Positions 53,396 through 57,899 of a DNA stretch of 57,899 nt are shown one piece after another. The stretch lies in the sequence record NC_041953.1; one strand, given 5' to 3'. This DNA comes from Pseudomonas phage PaMx25. The translations under genes and the position numbers were made by a program. Within the stretch, counting starts at the first letter, position 1. The number at the start of each line of letters is the position of its first letter. Under the pieces are notes generated by a model. It worked only from the letters and a program-made list of their open reading frames with translations. It was not told the DNA's origin and did not search any database.

Positions 53396-55291
53396 ATGGA
53401 TCTCTATCAACAATACATTCACATCTCGCGCTATTCACGTTGGCGCGATGACTTGGGGCGGCGCGAGACATGGGAAGAGACGGTCCAGCGCTATATCGAC
53501 TTCTTCGACAAGCGCACGAAGCACCAGTTCAGCGACGTGCTCCAGGGCAAGGTGAAGCAGGCGATCCTCGACCTCAAGGTGATGCCGTCCATGCGTGCTC
53601 TCATGACCGCTGGTGAGGCACTGGAACGCGAGAACCTCGCAGGCTTCAACTGCTCCTATCTGGCGATCAACACGAAGCGTTCGTTCGCTGAGGCGCTCTA
53701 TATCCTGATGTGCGGCACCGGCGTCGGGTTCTCTTGCGAGCGCCAGGAAGTCACCAAGCTGCCCGCCGTGCCCGACGAACTGCTCAACACCGACGACACC
53801 ATCGTCGTGGCCGACTCGAAGGAGGGCTGGGCGAAGGCCTACCATGCGCTCCTCGGGCATCTGTGGAACGGTGACATCCCGAAAGTCGATTACAGCAAGG
53901 TCCGGCCTGCCGGTGCGCGCCTCAAGATCTTCGGCGGTCGTGCTTCGGGCCCGGAGCCGCTCAAGCGTCTGTTCAAATTCACCGTCGATACCTTCCAGCG
54001 CGCGAAGGGTCGCAAGCTGAACAGCATCGAGGTTCATGACCTGCTGTGCATGATCGGTGAGATCGTCGTGGTGGGCGGTGTGCGTCGCAGTGCGCTCATC
54101 AGTCTGTCGAACCTGTCGGATCAGCGCATGCGTGACGCCAAGGCTGGCCAGTGGTGGAACGACAACCCGCAACGCGGCCTGGCGAACAACTCCGTGGCCT
54201 ACACCGAGAAGCCGAGCGCCGAGATCTTCATGGAGGAGTGGCTGTCGCTCGTGAAGTCCAAGTCCGGTGAGCGCGGCATCTTCAACCGTCGTGCTGCTGC
54301 TGCACAGGCTTCGCGCTGGGGTCGCCGCTCCAAGGAACTGTCCTACGGCTGCAACCCGTGCTCCGAGATCATCCTGCGCGACAAGCAACTCTGCAACCTG
54401 TCCGAAGTCGTGATCCGCGAAGACGACACGATGGTCACGCTCATGGAGAAGGTCGAGATCGCCACCATCCTGGGCACCCTGCAGGCCACCCTCACCGACT
54501 TTAAGTTCGTGTCGGAAGCCTGGGCGCGCAACACCGCCGAGGAAGCTCTGCTGGGCGTCAGCCTGACTGGCATCATGGACAACGCGCTGACCTCCGGTCT
54601 GCTGGGCGCCGACAAGCTCACGCACACCTTGAACAGCATGCGTGACCACGCGCGCCTCGTGAATGCTGAGTGGGCGGAAGCGCTGGGCATCAAGCCTTCC
54701 GCGGCCATCACTTGCGTGAAGCCGAGCGGCACAGTGAGCCAGCTCTGCAACACCGCCAGCGGTATCCATGCTCGCCACAATCGGAACTATATCCGCACGG
54801 TGCGCGTCGATAAGAAGGATCCGCTCTACCAGTTCATGAAGGACAAGGGTTTCGTCACTGAAGACGATGTCATGCGTCCGGACAGCACGGCGGTCGTGAG
54901 CTTCGCTATGTCGGCGCCCGATGGTGCTGTGACCCGTGATCAGGTGACTGCGATGCAGGCCCTCGAACTGTGGTTACTGTATCAACGTGAGTGGTGCGAG
55001 CACAAGCCTTCCGTCACTGTCACCGTGCGTGACGAGGAATGGTTGTCGGTGGGCGCCTGGGTCTATGAACACTTCGACGAGGTGTCGGGCATCAGCTTCC
55101 TTCCGCACACCGATCACACGTACCAGCAAGCGCCCTATCAGGACATGACGCCTGAAGAGTTCGCTCAGTGGCAGAAGGAGCACCCTGTTCCGGAAGTCGA
55201 TTGGCGTGAGCTGGCGGCCTACGAGAAGACCGACAACACCGTCGCGATGCAGACCTTGGCCTGCACGTCCGGAGCGTGCGAGCTTCCGTGA
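53396..55291 (+). CDS. nrdJ: class II (adenosylcobalamin-dependent) ribonucleotide reductase NrdJ
   Basis: ATG 53396 with AAGAGGA RBS; N-terminal ...ISRYSRW...RRETWEETVQRYIDFF and active-site YGCNPCSEIIL (NPC[GS]E); no NrdB partner. Confidence 0.75.
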   Translation: MDLYQQYIHISRYSRWRDDLGRRETWEETVQRYIDFFDKRTKHQFSDVLQGKVKQAILDLKVMPSMRALMTAGEALERENLAGFNCSYLAINTKRSFAEALYILMCGTGVGFSCERQEVTKLPAVPDELLNTDDTIVVADSKEGWAKAYHALLGHLWNGDIPKVDYSKVRPAGARLKIFGGRASGPEPLKRLFKFTVDTFQRAKGRKLNSIEVHDLLCMIGEIVVVGGVRRSALISLSNLSDQRMRDAKAGQWWNDNPQRGLANNSVAYTEKPSAEIFMEEWLSLVKSKSGERGIFNRRAAAAQASRWGRRSKELSYGCNPCSEIILRDKQLCNLSEVVIREDDTMVTLMEKVEIATILGTLQATLTDFKFVSEAWARNTAEEALLGVSLTGIMDNALTSGLLGADKLTHTLNSMRDHARLVNAEWAEALGIKPSAAITCVKPSGTVSQLCNTASGIHARHNRNYIRTVRVDKKDPLYQFMKDKGFVTEDDVMRPDSTAVVSFAMSAPDGAVTRDQVTAMQALELWLLYQREWCEHKPSVTVTVRDEEWLSVGAWVYEHFDEVSGISFLPHTDHTYQQAPYQDMTPEEFAQWQKEHPVPEVDWRELAAYEKTDNTVAMQTLACTSGACELP

Positions 55292-55298
55292 TAACTTG

Positions 55299-55335
55299 CA
55301 GGGCTCATCTTGTATGAACGGGTGAGCCCTGTTTT
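55299..55335 (+). terminator. rho-independent terminator after nrdJ
   Basis: CAGGGCTCA ... TGAGCCCTG 9-bp stem followed by TTTT. Confidence 0.55.
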
Positions 55336-55368
55336 ACTGTACGCCTGTTCAATAACGAGGAAAACTAG

Positions 55369-55830
55369 ATGTCGATAAACATCAGACAGAAGGGGCAAAG
55401 CGGGGAGCGCGAGGTCTGCGACTGGCTCAACGGCATTGCCTACCGTGCGCTCAAGGACGAGGGCTTGCCGTATCCCACCAAGCCGATCTTCCAGCGCAAT
55501 CAGAACCAGTCCGCAGTCGGCGGCAGCGACATCACGAACCCCGTGCTCATGTGCCTGGAAGTCAAGCGCCAGGAACAACTGGATCTGAACGCATGGTGGA
55601 AGCAGTGCGTGACCGCTGCACAGCAGTTCGGCGGACGCCCGATCGTCGTGTTCCGTCAGAATGGCAAGCGCAAGTGGCGCATCCTGATCGAGGCGAACGT
55701 GGCCTATCAGTGTGGTCAGGCTCACTCCCCCATGCGCTGTGAAATCAGCCACGAGGACTTCGAGACCTTCGCCTATAACTGGATGCGTCGTATGCTCCAG
55801 ACGGGCACCTGGAAACCTGTGGAGGCATGA
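55369..55830 (+). CDS. Holliday junction resolvase, Hjc-like PD-(D/E)xK
   Basis: KGQSGEREVCDWL, GGSDI, CLEVKRQE and FGGRPIVVFR follow the Hjc pattern (KGsxxERE...SD...EVK...FGG.P). Confidence 0.55.
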   Translation: MSINIRQKGQSGEREVCDWLNGIAYRALKDEGLPYPTKPIFQRNQNQSAVGGSDITNPVLMCLEVKRQEQLDLNAWWKQCVTAAQQFGGRPIVVFRQNGKRKWRILIEANVAYQCGQAHSPMRCEISHEDFETFAYNWMRRMLQTGTWKPVEA

Positions 55831-56060
55831 TGAATCGAGCACAGCTTCTGCAGGCGATGCAGGAAGAAGTCCTGAAGAACACCGTATATCAGCGGCGCTA
55901 CGACGCCGCGCTGTCGATGTACCAAGCCGCCTGTCTGGATAACCACGGGCAGGAGGCCGACCTCAACAGACAGAACCTCCACGCGCTGCTGGATCTGATG
56001 CTCGATAGCCTGGCGTCGGTGCAGATGCTCCAGCGCCAGCTCATGCTTCTCCGGGACTAA
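55827..56060 (+). CDS. hypothetical protein
   Basis: 77 aa helical, ATGA-coupled to resolvase. Confidence 0.35.
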   Translation: MMNRAQLLQAMQEEVLKNTVYQRRYDAALSMYQAACLDNHGQEADLNRQNLHALLDLMLDSLASVQMLQRQLMLLRD

Positions 56061-56081
56061 GTGAAATCATGTAGAACGGGC

Positions 56082-56110
56082 TTGCACATCCTGCAACGCC
56101 CGTTTATACT
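56082..56110 (+). promoter_or_regulatory. sigma70-like promoter TTGCAC-N17-TATACT upstream of helicase
   Basis: Hexamers 56082-87 and 56105-10; -35 embedded in a nested hairpin AACGGGC-TTGCA-catcc-TGCAA-c-GCCCGTT. Confidence 0.4.
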
Positions 56111-56152
56111 GCAATCACTTTCCACCATGTACTCAATTCTTCGGAGAACACC

Positions 56153-57601
56153 ATGAGCAAGACTTGGAGCCCCCTGCAGACCGCCATCTTCAACCTGATT
56201 GAGGACCCGAACGGCGGCAACGCTATCATCGAAGCTGTTGCAGGCTCCGGCAAGACGACGACCATCGTTGAGGGCGTCAAGCGTGCGCGGGGCACGACCA
56301 TCTTCCTGGCTTTCAACAAGAGCATCGCTGAGGAGCTGAAGTCCCGTGGCGTCAATGCGCGCACCTTCCACTCGCTCACCTATGGGCCCGTCACGCAACA
56401 CAAGGGCGTCCGCACTGTTGAGACTGACAAGCTGCGCCGCCTGTGCGACGCTAAGCTGAAGGGCGAGGAAGCGCAGATCTACGGACCCTTTATCACCCGT
56501 CTGGTGGGCCTGGGTCGGCAAGCTGGTATCGGTTGCCTGATCCCTGACGTCACTCAGAGCTGGCTGGACCTGTGCATCCACCACGATCTGGAACCCGAGA
56601 ACGATAACGCTGACCTCGGGCGTGCCCTGGAACTGGCTTCCGAGCTGCTGGGCTGGTCGAACGCTGCACCGATGGTCGATTTCGACGACCTGCTCTACCT
56701 CGCAGTCAAGGACGGGATCAGCCTGCCCAAGTTCGATTTCATCTTTGTGGATGAAGCGCAGGACACGAACGCCATTCAGCGCGCACTGCTGCGCAAGATC
56801 ATGAAGAAGACCTCCCGCGTCGTTGCGGTGGGCGACCCTGCCCAGGCCATCTATGGCTTCCGCGGTGCGGACAGCGAGTCCATGAACCTGATTGCAGAAG
56901 AGTTCGATTGCAAGCGCCTTCCGCTGAGCATCAGCTACCGCTGCGCGACCAGTGTGGTCAAGTACGCCCAGCAATGGGTGTCCCACATCCAGGCGGCCGA
57001 AGGTGCTGCCGAAGGTCTGGTGGAGGAGCTCGGAAGCAAGTGGGATCACAAGATGTTCCAAGCGAACGACCTTGTCGTCAGCCGTAAGACTGCACCGCTG
57101 ATCACAATGGCCTACAGCTTCCTTCGCGCTCGCGTACCTGTCACCGTGATGGGCCGTGAGATTGGACAGGGGTTGAAGGGTCTTATCAACAAGATGAACG
57201 CGAAGGGCGTTGATCACCTGCTCACCAAGCTGGACGCCTACCGTGACCGTGAGGTCGAGAAGGCCCTCGCTAAGAAGGACGACGCGAAGGTTGAAGCGAT
57301 CGAAGACCGCATCGGTGCGATCACCTGCCTGATCGACAGCATGCCCGAAACCGAGCGCACGATCCCCGCACTGCTCAACACTATCGACAGCCTGTTCGCT
57401 GACAAGAAGAACGCTGTGGTGTTGGCTACCATCCACAAGAGCAAGGGCCTGGAGGCTGACCGTGTGTTCTGGCTCGGCCGCAACGAATGCCCCGCCAAGT
57501 GGGCTCGCCAGGATTGGCAGAAGCAGCAAGAAATCAATCTGTGCTATGTCGCAGCAACCCGCGCCAAGCAGGCGCTCTACACCATCGAGGCAAGACAATG
57601 A
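56153..57601 (+). CDS. UvrD/PcrA-like SF1 DNA helicase (short form)
   Basis: Walker A AGSGKTTT, motif II FVDEAQDTNAIQ (cf. UvrD VDEFQDTN), motif VI TIHKSKGLEADRVF. Confidence 0.75.
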   Translation: MSKTWSPLQTAIFNLIEDPNGGNAIIEAVAGSGKTTTIVEGVKRARGTTIFLAFNKSIAEELKSRGVNARTFHSLTYGPVTQHKGVRTVETDKLRRLCDAKLKGEEAQIYGPFITRLVGLGRQAGIGCLIPDVTQSWLDLCIHHDLEPENDNADLGRALELASELLGWSNAAPMVDFDDLLYLAVKDGISLPKFDFIFVDEAQDTNAIQRALLRKIMKKTSRVVAVGDPAQAIYGFRGADSESMNLIAEEFDCKRLPLSISYRCATSVVKYAQQWVSHIQAAEGAAEGLVEELGSKWDHKMFQANDLVVSRKTAPLITMAYSFLRARVPVTVMGREIGQGLKGLINKMNAKGVDHLLTKLDAYRDREVEKALAKKDDAKVEAIEDRIGAITCLIDSMPETERTIPALLNTIDSLFADKKNAVVLATIHKSKGLEADRVFWLGRNECPAKWARQDWQKQQEINLCYVAATRAKQALYTIEARQ

Positions 57602-57852
57602 TTCCACGATTCCCCATGACACCGGAGACCGCGAAGGCAATAATCGTCGAATACGAGGAGCGTCGCAAGCGCAGGGAGCAGCGCAAGCTGGCCAAAGCGC
57701 TTGCGCGCGAACTTGAGGCTGCTGTGCGCGGCGAGCAGGGGCCGCAGCAGCCGCGCGCGTACTGGCGGTGGCCCATGGGTATTGGCGCGCATGCGATCGC
57801 GCTGTGTGTGCTGGCTGCTGCCGCTGCGCTGGGGTATTGGCTCACCCGCTAA
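57598..57852 (+). CDS. small C-terminal TM protein
   Basis: ATG 57598 in ATGA overlap with helicase stop; charged N-terminal half then hydrophobic helix GIGAHAIALCVLAAAAALGYWL. Confidence 0.4.
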   Translation: MIPRFPMTPETAKAIIVEYEERRKRREQRKLAKALARELEAAVRGEQGPQQPRAYWRWPMGIGAHAIALCVLAAAAALGYWLTR

Positions 57853-57899
57853 GCTGATCAAGTTGCAATCACTGGCTCGGGTTGTTATACTCGGGCCAG

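Noticed and set aside
1-57899. Integrase / lysogeny module, CRISPR array, phage-encoded tRNAs or RNA polymerase
   Set aside because: No tyrosine or serine recombinase motifs, no cI-like repressor/antirepressor pair, no repeat-spacer arrays and no multi-subunit or T7-like RNAP motifs in any frame. Promoters look host sigma70-like.
57853-57899. Terminal repeat / cos site at window ends
   Set aside because: No direct or inverted repeat between the first and last ~50 nt beyond a 5-bp stem. Packaging type cannot be inferred from the sequence alone.

Overview
The window reads as a complete or near-complete ~58 kb genome of a tailed dsDNA phage with siphovirus-type tail genes. The coding ends at 21 and 57852 both fall in intergenic sequence. 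GC content is high (~60%+). I saw no integrase or cI-like repressor, so the phage is probably virulent.

The likely host is a high-GC Gram-negative, possibly an alphaproteobacterium. This rests on gene-transfer-agent (GTA)/lambda-like tail-tip genes: a BR0599/DUF2163-like hub, a DUF2793-like protein, and gpI- and gpJ-like proteins.

Layout:
- 21-1775: lysis cassette. A tiny single-TM peptide, an SLT-type endolysin, a 3-TM holin, and Rz with an embedded Rz1 lipoprotein.
- 1866-25166, + strand: morphogenesis module. TerS, TerL, portal, MuF-like protein, scaffold, major capsid, connector proteins, major tail protein, chaperone G/GT with a -1 frameshift at A_AAA_AAC, a gp10-like protein, the tape measure, and tail-tip proteins. 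It ends in a frameshifted DUF2793-like gene and a terminator.
- 25179-48739, - strand: replication, nucleotide-metabolism and DNA-modification module. Family-B DNA polymerase, beta clamp, DpdA, HNH endonuclease, a Gpt-like PRTase-FolE fusion, QueD, Gat-QueC, QueE, three tandem paralogous putative DNA-binding proteins, an SF2 helicase, a PD-(D/E)xK nuclease, a Sak4-like ATPase, a Spo11/TopoVI-A-like 'mini-A' protein, ATP ligase, ThyX, RNase H, MazG, a PrimPol-helicase and an HTH protein.
- 48740-49139: divergent control region with an AT-rich island and promoters of the form TTGCAT-N16-18-TATAnT.
- 49140-57852, + strand: early genes. Small proteins, MazG-like proteins, a mini kinase-like protein, T4 DenV-like glycosylase, a ZnK-membrane/sulfotransferase/ZnK-membrane operon, class II RNR (NrdJ), an Hjc-like resolvase and a UvrD-like helicase.

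All calls are by-eye motif recognition and synteny. No database searches were run. Many long ORFs in the track are antisense artefacts of high GC and were ignored.
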